This document shows positions 39,951-51,496 of a stretch of 64,000 bases of DNA, in pieces; position 1 is the first letter of the stretch; each line of letters begins with the position of its first letter. Made by a program: the position numbers and the translations under genes. The stretch comes from an uncultured Parachlamydiaceae bacterium (GTDB lineage: Bacteria > Chlamydiota > Chlamydiia > Chlamydiales > Parachlamydiaceae). The notes below the pieces were generated by a model. That model ran no database searches, was not told the origin of the DNA, and saw nothing but the letters and a program-made list of their open reading frames with translations. The DNA is taken from contig CAVULX010000004.1 of NCBI GenBank assembly GCA_963742415.1, forward strand, positions 832,001 through 896,000, in the 5' to 3' direction.

Positions 39951-42900
39951 ATGTTTGTTAACCCCCCAACACCTTATTCTCCTTCCGATCCTTCTCCCGA
40001 TTCCCCCCCTGATACGATGACTGAAAGCATCGGCATGCCGGTTTTTGGATCGCACAAGTTTTCTTTCGACCCTTCTATTAAAAATGAAAAGGCCAAACAA
40101 CTTTGGCAACTCATTCAAAATCACCGTAAATCAGATTCGCTCTTTTACACAGAAAGAGGGGTTATTGCTTACGCAATCGATAAGTTCTCCCGCTTTTTAA
40201 AATGGATCTTAAGAACTTCCCATATCGATGCCCTCGTGGAAAAACGGATCCAATTTGGCATGAATCTCTTTAGGAATTATGAATTTAATCTCTTCGGGCC
40301 AGGTTCTGAAAATTCGGCAGTCCCTGCTGGACATGATCTCCCTTTTTCAGTTGCACTTGAAGCTTATTGCCACTGCCTTGAAAAATATCCCATCAAAGAT
40401 TTTGGCTCGATTCAACCTTTGAAAGAGTGCCTTGAGTATGCTAAGAAAATTGAAAAGGCCAAAACTTTATCCGCTTCTTCCCGTGAAAGCTTATTAAAAG
40501 ATTTGGCTCAGCAACTTAAAGACAAAATAGCTCAACTTTCAAAAGATGAGACTCTATACATTCCCGGAGGCTTAATCGAATATGAGGGATTGAATGGTCT
40601 CTCAGAAAACATACAAGCCCTCACCTTTCGAAACAAAAAACTCAGAACAACCCATTTTTTCTTCGAGATCCGAAAACATCCTGATGAGGGCAAATTAATT
40701 TTTAGAATTTTCAATTATTCTAATCAGATCAACAAATTGGCCGGAAACAACGGAGCTCTGTTTCAAATTTTTGAAAATTTAGAAAACATCAGCGATCTCT
40801 TAGACCAAGCAAAGAAGGTTTTTCCTTTCATTGATGAGCTTGTGGAGCAGGCAAAAAAAACTCTTTCTAATGACTCCCAACTTTTAGAATATCATCTTGA
40901 TGAAAATGAATTGAGCTCTAATCTTTTTACCTTGTTACAGGTGCAAGCGACCCCTCACATCTCCCACAATATGGGATGGTGGAGTTCGTTTCAGTATCAT
41001 CGCGCTTTAGCTTCCCGTGTGATTAATTGGTTACATAAGGTTCAACCCTCTCCCCCCCAGCTCCAGCCAGCGCAAGAAAACACTTCTGTACAAGAACCTG
41101 AAGAGGGGTCATCATCATCGCACGAGCCTCAACAGGCCGCTTCTTTACAGTCTCAAGAAGGAACCTCTTCGGGCAAAATCGTGGGAAAAAGAGTGGAAGT
41201 TCAAGACATCGTAGGCCCGTTGGTGGAAGATCTGTCTATCACACAACTATCTACTTTTTTCGATCGGATTCGTCCCTATCAGTCTGCCAGTTCCACTCCT
41301 CCTGCCGCCTCCCCTTCTTCCAATGCCAAATGCAACAGCAAAACCGATCCTGTGAAATTATTAGAAATTTTCACGAAAGCAGTGCATCAAGAGGATCTTA
41401 CAGAGATAAAAATGCAAAAACTGATGTCTAAAACAGCTTTGTTTCTAGAATTATACGCTGAAGCTGAGACTAAGTTGGCATCTGATAGCAAAATGAGGAA
41501 GTGGATCAAAGATAATGCGATTAATTTACTTAAGGCGTATCTCCGCTATTTTGGATCTGATGCTGAAAAGAGTTCGGAGGACTTTAAACAGATTATCGGG
41601 TATTTCGAATCTATTGTTCACAAAATCGAAGAGGCTTCCCATCACGGTTTTATACTACCTGCAGAGCCGAACCATCAAAAACCCTTATCTACCGATTTTG
41701 ACAACTTGTTAGTTTTTGAAGGGATCCCTACACCTTTGGATGAATTTCAAACCCTAAGAAAGCCAACCTTATCCCTCCAAAAGCCATTGTGCGGGGGTAG
41801 ATTTTCATTAAATACTTTTAAATCATGGATAGAAACTTGCAATTCCCTATCGTCGCAAAAAAAGTTACACGATTTATACCTCATATTAGAAGATGTTTTC
41901 CATGCTCTTGAAAATGCTGATGCTCAAAAATTTTGGGACGACATTGCTTTGGAAGATCTAGAAGCTTGGAGTTCCGGGCTTGAAAAACTTTGTTTCTTTT
42001 CAGTGCAAGTTCACTTTGGCACATCTAAACCAGGCCCCTTGCCCAGATCTATTCTCAATCTAATTAAACTGCTTTGGCGCACTCAGTATTTAGCGCAACG
42101 GAACAATAAAGAAACCTGTTTTGGGAATTTTTCTTTGGATACGGATCAATTTAGAGACATTTTCCTCGATTCTTACTTGGATTTAGAAGCGGAGGGGCCT
42201 GAAATCAAAGAGGTTCTCAGCTATATTGAAGGCAGGGAGAACAAAACTACTGTCAACTTAACCGATTCTTCCTCCTTTAAAAATCAAGAAGAGAACGATA
42301 AGGCCTTCTTTGCTCTCTATCGAAAAGCACATCATATCCCTGAAGACTGTAAATACACTCCGCCAGAAGAAGATTTCGGCTCTCAATCGGGTCAGTTAGC
42401 TCCACAGACTATCCATTTGCGACGGATGAAAATAATGACGACAGCCTTGATGGCGAAACATCGCTGTTTGGGAAATCATAAAATTTTTAATCGGGCAAAA
42501 CAGTTCATCCAGTCGGCTATTTCTTTTTTAAGGCGACAGATTACTACCGATTTCGATACTGATTTAGATCGCGATTTAGCCCAAAGAGCCTTCGATCAAG
42601 TAGATTCTTTTCTAAAAAGGGGGGAACTAGCATGCACTTTTACAAAAAATACCTTTGCTCTTCATCGAAAACCTACTGTTAAAATCGAGGAATTAGGAGT
42701 AGACTTTTTTGATTACGTCGATACCGCCTACGTTGTGCGAGGCGCCACGCCCATTTCTCAATATAAAAAAACCGCTCAAGAAGTTCCTGCAAGTGTTGAA
42801 AAGCAAGTAGTCGAAGCTGTTGTCAGTAATGATTGTGATATACAAGATACATTCGTTGATGAAGAAGGAAAGGTGTTTTCCCAAACCGAACAGAATGGGA

Positions 42901-45900
42901 AAAAGCGGCGTTATAGCCCTCCCGGAGAACATCATACAGAAGGCACAATCGGGAACGACCACTTGGCTGAAATGGATTTGCCCCAAGATCATTATGCGGA
43001 ACTCAGATTGACGAAAACTTCTCCTTTGGGAACGAGGATCCCAAATACGCTTCAATTTCTCTACTGCCATCCCCAATACTTTAATTATTCAAAGCAAGGA
43101 TTAGCCCTTCAACGAATTATTAGCTTAAATCTTTTTCGCAATAATAATTTGCAAGAATTTTTACTGGCAGCACCTAACTATGCAACAACTTTGGTTAAAT
43201 TGCTACGGCTAGTTGGGAGGGTCATGCAATCGGCAAACAATCTGCAAGGCGTGCTTTTTTTAATGAAAGTTATACGGAATGTTTCCCAGATTGTAGATAC
43301 AATTCCCTCCATTGACAACGACGTCTTCGCTCAAATTGAGAAAGATCACTTTTGCATCCTTACCGATTGGCAACAGAATTGCGATGAAAAAAAAGAGCTA
43401 AAGCCCCATCGAAAATCGATTTATCAAACGTATTTGTTAACTCATGCCGAGCGCTTTCAAAGAAAATTTAAAGATCCCGCGTACGATCCCTCTAGCCACC
43501 AATCATTGCGTGCGGATACAGATACTTTATTAAATGTTTTGCACAGCCATTATTGTGCTCAAAGAATTCCTAAACCGATGCATGAAAGGAATCGCGCCCA
43601 TGAAGACAAAATTTCCTATATGATGCACCGCCTCTTTCCCGCTTGTGCTAAATTGTTGGCCGATCCGATCCTCCGAGATCCCTTTCTCAATAACTTAATC
43701 CCTTCAGAAAAAGGGCATTGGACCTCATGTGGAAATAACGACCTCTGTTTTATTAATGAAAACGATGTCTCTGTCGACCTCGTCAATGGGCTTTTATATA
43801 AGGAGGGCGTTGCCGAAAGTTATCTTCCCGATACGATTACACACGAATTATCTGCTGTGGTCCATTTTCATTTAGAGGAGATTCACGAAATCCCTTGCAA
43901 ACAACGGCCAGTCTTAAGAGATGGAAAAAAAGGGCAAATGTATGAGTTCGTTTACAGAAAACAGACTTACCGCATTGTTCTAATGCCTGGGCAAGAACAT
44001 CACATTTATAAATATATCGATCAACCGGGCAATCCTGCAAACTGGTATGAACTAAAAAGGACAATTTCCCTACCTGAAAAAGATCCTCTTTCATTCCTTG
44101 AAAATATGGTTGATTCCCGTTCAAAAGCGTTAAAAGAACTAGCTCAACAGGAAGAAACTAAAACCTTGCCAGATGAAATCCTTGCCAACAATTTTTGGAT
44201 CTCCCCCGATGGAAACCACTTTATCATCGAAAATGCTCAAGGGAACTATCTTTATCGTGGTGAATTTATCCCTTCAGATATCAGTAATTCAAGCCAACAA
44301 ACAAAATTCAATATTCAACACGCGACGAGAATTACAAGTTGTGCAGAGGAGTCTCAAACGTTGCTCAACCCTTGGCATCGGCCCGAATTCCTACGTTTTT
44401 TAGCCTTGGCAAATCCATCGCAAATCATGGTGTTAGGCCAAAAATATAAAGCTGAACAGATCAAATATTTGAATCAAGACTTAGAATATGCTTGGAACAA
44501 TGCTGAAAGTCGTTGGGATTGCAAAACGCTTCCAGGTTATTGGCTCTCTTTAGCCTCATTTGACGATATTATGAATCGTAACAAAGCTGAAAATGAGCAC
44601 CTCCATTTGTTTGACAATAGCTTTACAGATTATCAAATATTGGAACACAAGAGCAAACCTCCCCGCCTCTTGCTGATGGGAACTCAACTTAACCGCTCGA
44701 CTTCATCGAACCGAGATGAATACATCACGAAGTACAATCGAAAAAAAATTGCGGCCAACCATAGCGAAACAGCTTCCATTCAATATCAATATGAAATCGA
44801 CCCCCTTTCCGGTCTTAAAGCCTCTTCTCAAGAGGAATATTTATACTTAGTTTACACCTTCCTAGTTCAATCCAGATTTGATGTGGCTTTATTCTATCTG
44901 GACAAAGCCCAAAATATTAAGCCAGGCAAATCGTCTGAATGTGACAGAATCCTCCAATTAATTGAGAATTGGGTAGAGCGTTCTAAGTCTCCTTCCGCAC
45001 GTGCAGTTTTTTTACAAATACAAATTCTAGTTTTAAGCCAAGTCAAAAGATTTGGTGCCCATCAGTATGAACAAATGCATAAAATTCTCGAAAATCTGGA
45101 CAAATATGCTGATCTCGTTAGCACATGTCAAATAGACCCTCGTCTCCAACTCTCCAGTAAACAACAGGCTCAACTTGATTTGTATAAAGCAAAAATAACA
45201 TCTGAAAACAATCGAGAGCAATATCAATCTCTTGCCAATAGCCTGGGGGAGGTTGATTTAGAAAAAATCACGAACGCATTGGCTGTTATTAACAGTGCAA
45301 GCAAAAAAAACAAAGCGAAAATAGACAAAGAAACAATCAAACTTAAGAAAGAGATCGAGGATCTAAAAAAAGAGATATCCTCGGCCTCAGATGCAATTCA
45401 ACGACAACCTTCTAAGAATTTACCAAAACCTGATCATTTATTTCCTGATTTTGAAAAATATTTGACTTGTGGAACTCAGTTGCATTTGGTTAGAGGGGAA
45501 ACGACAACAACGGAAAATGTGCAATTCAATAAAAACAATATGGACTTTTTAGAAGCCATTGATAAACTGAAACAGCAGAAGACCGTCGATCCATTTGAAA
45601 AAGAATTGTTAGAAGAACTTGTCAACGATATTAATATCGCCGCCTCCAACCAAAATGAAGATAAAAATGTCTTAAATGATTCTGTAAACCTAGACGAAAT
45701 AAAAGAATCGCTCACCGATTATGCAAACGCGCTTGAAGAGGCAGCAATAATAGCAAGACAGAACATTCTCACTAAACTAAGTTTTGGAATTCCTCCTGAT
45801 TCTAAACTTGAAAGTGTACTAAAAAAGTTACAAGAATATCCGGCGACTCAAGAACGAAACTTTAGGCGCATTTTAATGAGCTGCGCCAATGGGGACTGGA

Positions 45901-48900
45901 AGGATCTCGAAAAGGAAAAAATCGTTTTAAACCAAGATATCGAAGAAATTAAAACAATTGCAAGCGATTATTTAGTTCGCAAAACAAAGCTCAATCAATA
46001 TAAAAAAGCGATCGCACACATCGATGATTTCGAAAAAACTAAATTGCATATACACCTTGCAAGATTAGGGGAAATTTTAGCCATTAAACGTCACTATGAC
46101 CCCTACAAAGATCCTAACCGCTTTTCCCTTCTGTTACTTGAAGATCACCAGCAAGTCATTATCAAGAAAGATCAACTCGATCACTACATCATCAATCAAC
46201 ACTGGCCGAACCTCTTTTCCCATGAGCCGCTGGCAAGTGGAAAAACTTCGATTTTGCGCCATTTAGATGCCGACATCCATGCAGATGGCTCTCATATAGC
46301 CGGAATTACAACAGATGATGCTTTGATTGGACAACATCATCCGTTATTAGAAAGCACAACACTTGAGGCGTACAATAAACTAGCCGACCGGTTTGAATTT
46401 AGCAGAGAAAGCGATAGCTCGGCCTTAGCTTTACGCATTTTGTATCGCAATTTATTAAAAATCATTCCCGAACGGGGACGTCTAGATTTCACAAAGCGGG
46501 ATTTCTTAAGTCTCCACCATCTCAGTTTTCAAAAACTTCGGGAGCTCGAACTTAAGTTGCGCCCGGAAGATGAAATCCATGAGGAACTGGATATCCTTGC
46601 CGACATCTACGAACTAATTAAAGAAAAGTTGCGCGTAGGAACAGATGAGATGGACCAAGTAACAAACCCCACCATTGAACACAATTGGGGCATTGGAACA
46701 ACCCCTTTAAAGCTTGACGAAAAAAAATGTGAAATCGCCCTCCTTCTCATGGAATGGACATTAGAAAACGAAACTTATAAGGATTTATTCACCAAAGGAA
46801 ATCAATTTAAGCTGGCCTCCGACCCAAAAAAATATCTAGAGTATTTGGCGAACCGCGCCTGCGGTCATTTTAAATTGGACACAAGACTAACAGATACGGT
46901 CATCGATTATTTTACTTCCCACTTTGATCAGAAACAAAACATGAAATATGTAATCGATTTTTATGAGGATCATATTAAAACTCACCAAGAAAAAGAAAAA
47001 CTTGTTTACCTTTACAAATTCCTGCAATCGGTCGTCCCCCATTCACTTTCTAAAAGAAACGGAGCTCGTTTTATGCGCTCCACAAAAGATCATATGACCG
47101 TCAAGCCCACCTTGAAAAATGCCTCTTACAATGAGCTTTCGGAACATTGTTCCGAGGAAGAACTAGCCTGGTATACCTGTGTGAATTATATGCATTCCGA
47201 AAAACAAAAGCAGGGTCAGGGAGGTGTGACCACAGACCAAATTGCACACCTTGTCCTCAACGCAAAAAATCAAGCTTCGATAGAGTTGATGAACTCTATT
47301 AACATAGATGAAAACCCTATTGATTTTAGAGATACAAAAGAGGCCAAAGCTTTTTACAAGGATTTCAAGTTGCACCTTGACAAGGTCATGGAAGATGATT
47401 ATGCCAAAATTGCAGATGAAATTAACCAATCCCCCCAAAAGCTCTCTGCATTTATTGAGAGTCGTGTTTTCCCCCTCATTGAACTCAGAGCCGAAAAATT
47501 CACCGGTAACACGCAGCATTTCGTCAATATGTTCAACCAATTTTATGGGTCATCCGGAACGTCCAACAGCTATCGAGCTCTCCCTGACAAAGTAGTTAAA
47601 ATTAAAGGTGACAACAAAGATCCAGAAGATTTCTCCCCAGCAAAAAAGAGGGGTGTCGATGGAGCAGTCCTATTAGCATTATTGAAAGATTTCAAAGATG
47701 AAGATCTGTTGTGTTACGATGATAACAAAGAAATTTTACCTCAAATTAGCGAGCGCTTGACACCAGGATCGATGTTCATCGACCTAGCCCCTGTATTTCC
47801 TGGGTTAAATGCAAAAGAGATCGCCCATGACCTTGCAGCCCATTTGCCAAAGGCTAAGTTCCGCTACCTCAATGAATTAGACCAAGCCGTCATTTTAGAT
47901 TCAAATACCGGTGAAGAAAGACCGGCCCATCAAAACGACGACCTTGAAACAGTGATGACAATCCTCTCAAAAGACCAAGAACGGGGAACCCACCTTGAGA
48001 TGGCTCCCGAAGCTATTGGATTTCCTACCGTCAACAGCAACACGACTTTGACAGAGTTTCAACAGGCCATCATGCGCATGCGCAGGCTAGGACGAGGGCA
48101 AAAGGTAAAAATTTTGATTGCAGAGGATACATTTAAATGCTTAGAAGAGCCAAAGGTAGCACAACTGATCCTTTTATTAGTTAAAAACGAAATCAAAAGC
48201 CTTAAGCAGCACCACACCAAGGCTGAAAGGGAGAAAATCTTGGCACTGGCTCAGTGCAATATCTCTGATGTTTTGTGCACATTGAAAGATCGGCAGTTGC
48301 GCTTGCCGATTTGGATTGAATCTAAAGGTTATTTTGCCCACAAAACTCAAGAGCGAATTGAAACAGACGAAGATCTGGATTATATGGGTAAACCTCGACC
48401 CGAGATCTCAGGTTATGACGACCTCATGGAACTCATCTCATTGGAAAAAGGGAAAATCAAGAAATTTGAGAAAAAGATTTCCAATCTTAAAAACAAAAAT
48501 TTAAAAAAGCTTCATCATAATCTAGCTGAAGCCAAAGCAAAACTCAAAGAAAAAGCTAACAACGAGGTCACAGCAGCCAAATATCTTCTTTCTTCCGTAG
48601 ACAGTCGTCATCACAATCTGGGGATGCAAAGCCAAATGCAACATGAGCATGAAGCTGTGAAAGAACAAGACCAAGAACAAGAACAATTTCAAGAACAGTT
48701 TGAAACTCTTGTAAGAAATGCTGAAAGATACCTAGGAAAGCCCTGGGAGGATCTCGGAATTAAAAGCATTGATGATATAATTAAAATGACAAAAGGAAAA
48801 AACTCAAATGCATTGAGCCAATTAAACGATCAAGTTTCCGAGAGTGAACTAAATGATCAAATTAAAGACTCTTCTAAAAGAATTTCATATTCTTTTTATG

Positions 48901-49427
48901 ATGACAATATTTTTGTAACAAAAAATATCTGCCCTTTGGAAAGAATGTATCTTTATAGAACCGTCATTGTTGTAGATAAAACGAAAAATGGAAAAGACGC
49001 CGTCACTTGTGTGGCCGGTAGTTTAAAAGACTTCGATAATGTCTTTAATGGAATCAATCCTAAAAATGACCGGTACGATTATTACATTTTTAATTTGTGG
49101 TACGATCAACTGGAAAGGCATCAAACAAAATGGAAAAAGTATGAAAAAACTACTGAGAAAGCCATAGTCCGCGCCATTGTCCAAATGAAACACCTTGCAG
49201 GTGCAATCGTTCTGACCGAATTCAATAACAAAGATGCTCCCCCAATTTTCCGCCAAAAATCAGTCCTCATCAAATGGCTTCACGAATTAAAAGTCATACG
49301 TCAGCTTAACCTCAAAAACTTAGAAGACCTCCAAAAAAAGTACTTAACCACTATGCGCCCCACCAATTTTGCTTCCTATCAAACAAGCTCTATGCGGGAA
49401 GCCTATCGGCTAGCTTCTAAGGTCTAA
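39951..49427 (+). CDS. Giant (~3158 aa) protein with degenerate SF2-helicase-like C-terminal region (DUF3638-like); putative effector
   Basis: Uninterrupted 9.5-kb ORF; P/S-rich N-terminus; ASGKTS, TDEMD, SGT, RGTHL, QAIMRMRRLG, then a Q/E-rich tract. Confidence 0.7.
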   Translation: MFVNPPTPYSPSDPSPDSPPDTMTESIGMPVFGSHKFSFDPSIKNEKAKQLWQLIQNHRKSDSLFYTERGVIAYAIDKFSRFLKWILRTSHIDALVEKRIQFGMNLFRNYEFNLFGPGSENSAVPAGHDLPFSVALEAYCHCLEKYPIKDFGSIQPLKECLEYAKKIEKAKTLSASSRESLLKDLAQQLKDKIAQLSKDETLYIPGGLIEYEGLNGLSENIQALTFRNKKLRTTHFFFEIRKHPDEGKLIFRIFNYSNQINKLAGNNGALFQIFENLENISDLLDQAKKVFPFIDELVEQAKKTLSNDSQLLEYHLDENELSSNLFTLLQVQATPHISHNMGWWSSFQYHRALASRVINWLHKVQPSPPQLQPAQENTSVQEPEEGSSSSHEPQQAASLQSQEGTSSGKIVGKRVEVQDIVGPLVEDLSITQLSTFFDRIRPYQSASSTPPAASPSSNAKCNSKTDPVKLLEIFTKAVHQEDLTEIKMQKLMSKTALFLELYAEAETKLASDSKMRKWIKDNAINLLKAYLRYFGSDAEKSSEDFKQIIGYFESIVHKIEEASHHGFILPAEPNHQKPLSTDFDNLLVFEGIPTPLDEFQTLRKPTLSLQKPLCGGRFSLNTFKSWIETCNSLSSQKKLHDLYLILEDVFHALENADAQKFWDDIALEDLEAWSSGLEKLCFFSVQVHFGTSKPGPLPRSILNLIKLLWRTQYLAQRNNKETCFGNFSLDTDQFRDIFLDSYLDLEAEGPEIKEVLSYIEGRENKTTVNLTDSSSFKNQEENDKAFFALYRKAHHIPEDCKYTPPEEDFGSQSGQLAPQTIHLRRMKIMTTALMAKHRCLGNHKIFNRAKQFIQSAISFLRRQITTDFDTDLDRDLAQRAFDQVDSFLKRGELACTFTKNTFALHRKPTVKIEELGVDFFDYVDTAYVVRGATPISQYKKTAQEVPASVEKQVVEAVVSNDCDIQDTFVDEEGKVFSQTEQNGKKRRYSPPGEHHTEGTIGNDHLAEMDLPQDHYAELRLTKTSPLGTRIPNTLQFLYCHPQYFNYSKQGLALQRIISLNLFRNNNLQEFLLAAPNYATTLVKLLRLVGRVMQSANNLQGVLFLMKVIRNVSQIVDTIPSIDNDVFAQIEKDHFCILTDWQQNCDEKKELKPHRKSIYQTYLLTHAERFQRKFKDPAYDPSSHQSLRADTDTLLNVLHSHYCAQRIPKPMHERNRAHEDKISYMMHRLFPACAKLLADPILRDPFLNNLIPSEKGHWTSCGNNDLCFINENDVSVDLVNGLLYKEGVAESYLPDTITHELSAVVHFHLEEIHEIPCKQRPVLRDGKKGQMYEFVYRKQTYRIVLMPGQEHHIYKYIDQPGNPANWYELKRTISLPEKDPLSFLENMVDSRSKALKELAQQEETKTLPDEILANNFWISPDGNHFIIENAQGNYLYRGEFIPSDISNSSQQTKFNIQHATRITSCAEESQTLLNPWHRPEFLRFLALANPSQIMVLGQKYKAEQIKYLNQDLEYAWNNAESRWDCKTLPGYWLSLASFDDIMNRNKAENEHLHLFDNSFTDYQILEHKSKPPRLLLMGTQLNRSTSSNRDEYITKYNRKKIAANHSETASIQYQYEIDPLSGLKASSQEEYLYLVYTFLVQSRFDVALFYLDKAQNIKPGKSSECDRILQLIENWVERSKSPSARAVFLQIQILVLSQVKRFGAHQYEQMHKILENLDKYADLVSTCQIDPRLQLSSKQQAQLDLYKAKITSENNREQYQSLANSLGEVDLEKITNALAVINSASKKNKAKIDKETIKLKKEIEDLKKEISSASDAIQRQPSKNLPKPDHLFPDFEKYLTCGTQLHLVRGETTTTENVQFNKNNMDFLEAIDKLKQQKTVDPFEKELLEELVNDINIAASNQNEDKNVLNDSVNLDEIKESLTDYANALEEAAIIARQNILTKLSFGIPPDSKLESVLKKLQEYPATQERNFRRILMSCANGDWKDLEKEKIVLNQDIEEIKTIASDYLVRKTKLNQYKKAIAHIDDFEKTKLHIHLARLGEILAIKRHYDPYKDPNRFSLLLLEDHQQVIIKKDQLDHYIINQHWPNLFSHEPLASGKTSILRHLDADIHADGSHIAGITTDDALIGQHHPLLESTTLEAYNKLADRFEFSRESDSSALALRILYRNLLKIIPERGRLDFTKRDFLSLHHLSFQKLRELELKLRPEDEIHEELDILADIYELIKEKLRVGTDEMDQVTNPTIEHNWGIGTTPLKLDEKKCEIALLLMEWTLENETYKDLFTKGNQFKLASDPKKYLEYLANRACGHFKLDTRLTDTVIDYFTSHFDQKQNMKYVIDFYEDHIKTHQEKEKLVYLYKFLQSVVPHSLSKRNGARFMRSTKDHMTVKPTLKNASYNELSEHCSEEELAWYTCVNYMHSEKQKQGQGGVTTDQIAHLVLNAKNQASIELMNSINIDENPIDFRDTKEAKAFYKDFKLHLDKVMEDDYAKIADEINQSPQKLSAFIESRVFPLIELRAEKFTGNTQHFVNMFNQFYGSSGTSNSYRALPDKVVKIKGDNKDPEDFSPAKKRGVDGAVLLALLKDFKDEDLLCYDDNKEILPQISERLTPGSMFIDLAPVFPGLNAKEIAHDLAAHLPKAKFRYLNELDQAVILDSNTGEERPAHQNDDLETVMTILSKDQERGTHLEMAPEAIGFPTVNSNTTLTEFQQAIMRMRRLGRGQKVKILIAEDTFKCLEEPKVAQLILLLVKNEIKSLKQHHTKAEREKILALAQCNISDVLCTLKDRQLRLPIWIESKGYFAHKTQERIETDEDLDYMGKPRPEISGYDDLMELISLEKGKIKKFEKKISNLKNKNLKKLHHNLAEAKAKLKEKANNEVTAAKYLLSSVDSRHHNLGMQSQMQHEHEAVKEQDQEQEQFQEQFETLVRNAERYLGKPWEDLGIKSIDDIIKMTKGKNSNALSQLNDQVSESELNDQIKDSSKRISYSFYDDNIFVTKNICPLERMYLYRTVIVVDKTKNGKDAVTCVAGSLKDFDNVFNGINPKNDRYDYYIFNLWYDQLERHQTKWKKYEKTTEKAIVRAIVQMKHLAGAIVLTEFNNKDAPPIFRQKSVLIKWLHELKVIRQLNLKNLEDLQKKYLTTMRPTNFASYQTSSMREAYRLASKV

Positions 49428-49448
49428 GAACCTTTTCTTAGATGAAAT

Positions 49449-49527
49449 AAACTACCACAGAGCCCACAGAGAACACAGAGAGGGTGTTATACACTCTCTG
49501 TGTTCTCTGTGGGCTCTGTGGTAGTTT
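49449..49527. repeat. Perfect 34-bp-arm palindrome of the 9-nt-periodic family
   Basis: AAACTACCACAGAGCCCACAGAGAACACAGAGAG / exact reverse complement, with an 11-nt spacer. Confidence 0.95.
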
Positions 49528-49700
49528 TTACGGCTGAAGTTTGTCGAGACTAAAGTTTTTTAGGCAAAGCAAATTTCGAGAGATTGTCTATTTAAAAGAT
49601 GTTGAACAGCTTCTTAAAAGAGGGGTGCTCACAAACTTCTAAAAGCTTTCATCAATATCTGCTATTTTGTTAGAATACTGTTTTTCAACCTGAGATTGAA

Positions 49701-50723
49701 ATGGAAACATCTGAAAACGCTTCTGACCTTAAACCACAGTTATGGTTTTTGATAGGCCCTTTAAGCCTCCTCCTCACAGGCTTACTGCAATTAATGAAGC
49801 CCGCTGCCAACCATTTATACCTCCCTTACTTCGCAATATTCGGCCTGTTTTTTTGCTGGCAATGGAAATTAAAAGGTTTAACGCTTGTCTTAGCAACATT
49901 ATCCCTTCTGATTATTTACCAATTTAATCATATTCCCGAAACAGAGCGACTGTGGGAGCTCGGAATGGCCGTTGCAACGGCATTAGGACTTTTCATCACA
50001 GCGCTTTCTTGTGAAGAAGCCTATGAGCCTTTTCATGCTATCTTCCAGCAATCAAATGATCTCCAGCAAGAAAATGAAAACCTCCAAAATAAAATTCAAA
50101 CCCTTGAGATTGAATCGAATCACTCTATGGCCCTCTTGCGATCCAATTTAGCTGGCATGGAGGAGCAATCTCAACAATCGAAAAAAGAATTCCAACACAA
50201 AATCATTTTTTTGGAACATGACGCCGAAAAGCTGAAAAATGAAAACCGATCTTTAAAATCTTCTTTAACTGAACTTGATCTCTCTTACCGAAATTTATGC
50301 TTGACAGATGCGGCAAAAGAGGAAGAGATCGAAACACTAAAAAAACAATTATCCGATACCCAAAAGCTATGGGAAGAATCACAAAAAGTGGTAAAAGAAA
50401 AAGAGAATACCTGTGATTCAAATGAGATAAAGCGTTATAAAGGATTGTATTTACAATTAAAGGAACAATTTGAAGAAAAGTCGGCGCAACTTGATAAAAT
50501 ACGCTACGAGCTATTCCACGCCCATGAAGAACTTGAGCATCAACGCCGTTCGAAAGAAGAACAAGATGCCTATAATCGAAGTTCTTTTGAAAAGGAATTG
50601 GAAGATTATATTGCCATGGTTGAGAAGCAATATCAAAATCAAACCCTCCTTTACCAACAAGAAATTCAACAACAGGAAGACCTTATCACTTTATTGTTAA
50701 CAAATGAAAAACCACAAACTTAA
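49701..50723 (+). CDS. Membrane-anchored coiled-coil protein
   Basis: Four N-terminal TM segments followed by ~230 aa of E/Q/K-rich heptads. Confidence 0.75.
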   Translation: METSENASDLKPQLWFLIGPLSLLLTGLLQLMKPAANHLYLPYFAIFGLFFCWQWKLKGLTLVLATLSLLIIYQFNHIPETERLWELGMAVATALGLFITALSCEEAYEPFHAIFQQSNDLQQENENLQNKIQTLEIESNHSMALLRSNLAGMEEQSQQSKKEFQHKIIFLEHDAEKLKNENRSLKSSLTELDLSYRNLCLTDAAKEEEIETLKKQLSDTQKLWEESQKVVKEKENTCDSNEIKRYKGLYLQLKEQFEEKSAQLDKIRYELFHAHEELEHQRRSKEEQDAYNRSSFEKELEDYIAMVEKQYQNQTLLYQQEIQQQEDLITLLLTNEKPQT

Positions 50724-50740
50724 AACAAGAGGAGTTTAAT

Positions 50741-51355
50741 ATGCTATGCAAGGCAATCATGGTGCTATTCATTGCAATGTGCGCTTGGCTCACGCAAGGC
50801 TTTTCTGAAATAGAGGAGAAAAAAAAAGTGTCTACTGAAAAACAACAAAAAAACCCTGTCGTTATCTTAAAAACAAACAAAGGGTTTATTAAAATTGAAC
50901 TATACCCCGATAAGGCGCCCCTTGCAGTGGCAAACTTCTTGAAATATGTAAACGATGGTCAATATAACAACACCATCTTCCACCGTATTATCAATGGTTT
51001 TATGATCCAAGGGGGTGGCTTTACTGTAGATTTTAAACAAAAGCCAACCAGAGCTCCCATCAAAATCGAAGCCAACAATGGATTGCTCAACGAAAGGGGA
51101 TCCGTCGCCATGGCCCGTACAAGCGATCCAAATAGTGCATCTTCCCAATTTTTTATTAATTTAACTGACAACGACTTTTTAAATTTTAAAACTGAAACCT
51201 CTTCAGGATGGGGCTATACAGTTTTTGGAAAAGTCATTGATGGTATGGATGTAGTTGACCAAATCAAAGATGTCAAAACAGGCAACTTTGGAGGTCATTC
51301 CGACGTTCCCATTGAACCTGTTGTGATCGAAAGCGCTGTCGAAGTCAAAGACTAG
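50741..51355 (+). CDS. Cyclophilin-type peptidyl-prolyl isomerase with signal peptide
   Basis: [39 protein letters not shown]. Confidence 0.95.
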   Translation: MLCKAIMVLFIAMCAWLTQGFSEIEEKKKVSTEKQQKNPVVILKTNKGFIKIELYPDKAPLAVANFLKYVNDGQYNNTIFHRIINGFMIQGGGFTVDFKQKPTRAPIKIEANNGLLNERGSVAMARTSDPNSASSQFFINLTDNDFLNFKTETSSGWGYTVFGKVIDGMDVVDQIKDVKTGNFGGHSDVPIEPVVIESAVEVKD

Positions 51356-51357
51356 TT

Positions 51358-51391
51358 GTTTTACCACCGAGCCACTGAGATCACAGAGGGT
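51358..51391. repeat. Solo arm of the 9-nt-periodic repeat family
   Basis: TTTTACCACCGAGCCACTGAGATCACAGAGGG right after the cyclophilin stop; matches the start of copies A/B. Confidence 0.75.
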
Positions 51392-51496
51392 TTTTGAGAA
51401 CAATGAGAGAACGAAAGGATACAATTAGGTTTATTGATCCATTCGGGATACTAGATAGACAATGCGAATTAGTAGCTGGAGTTTGCAATAAAAATG

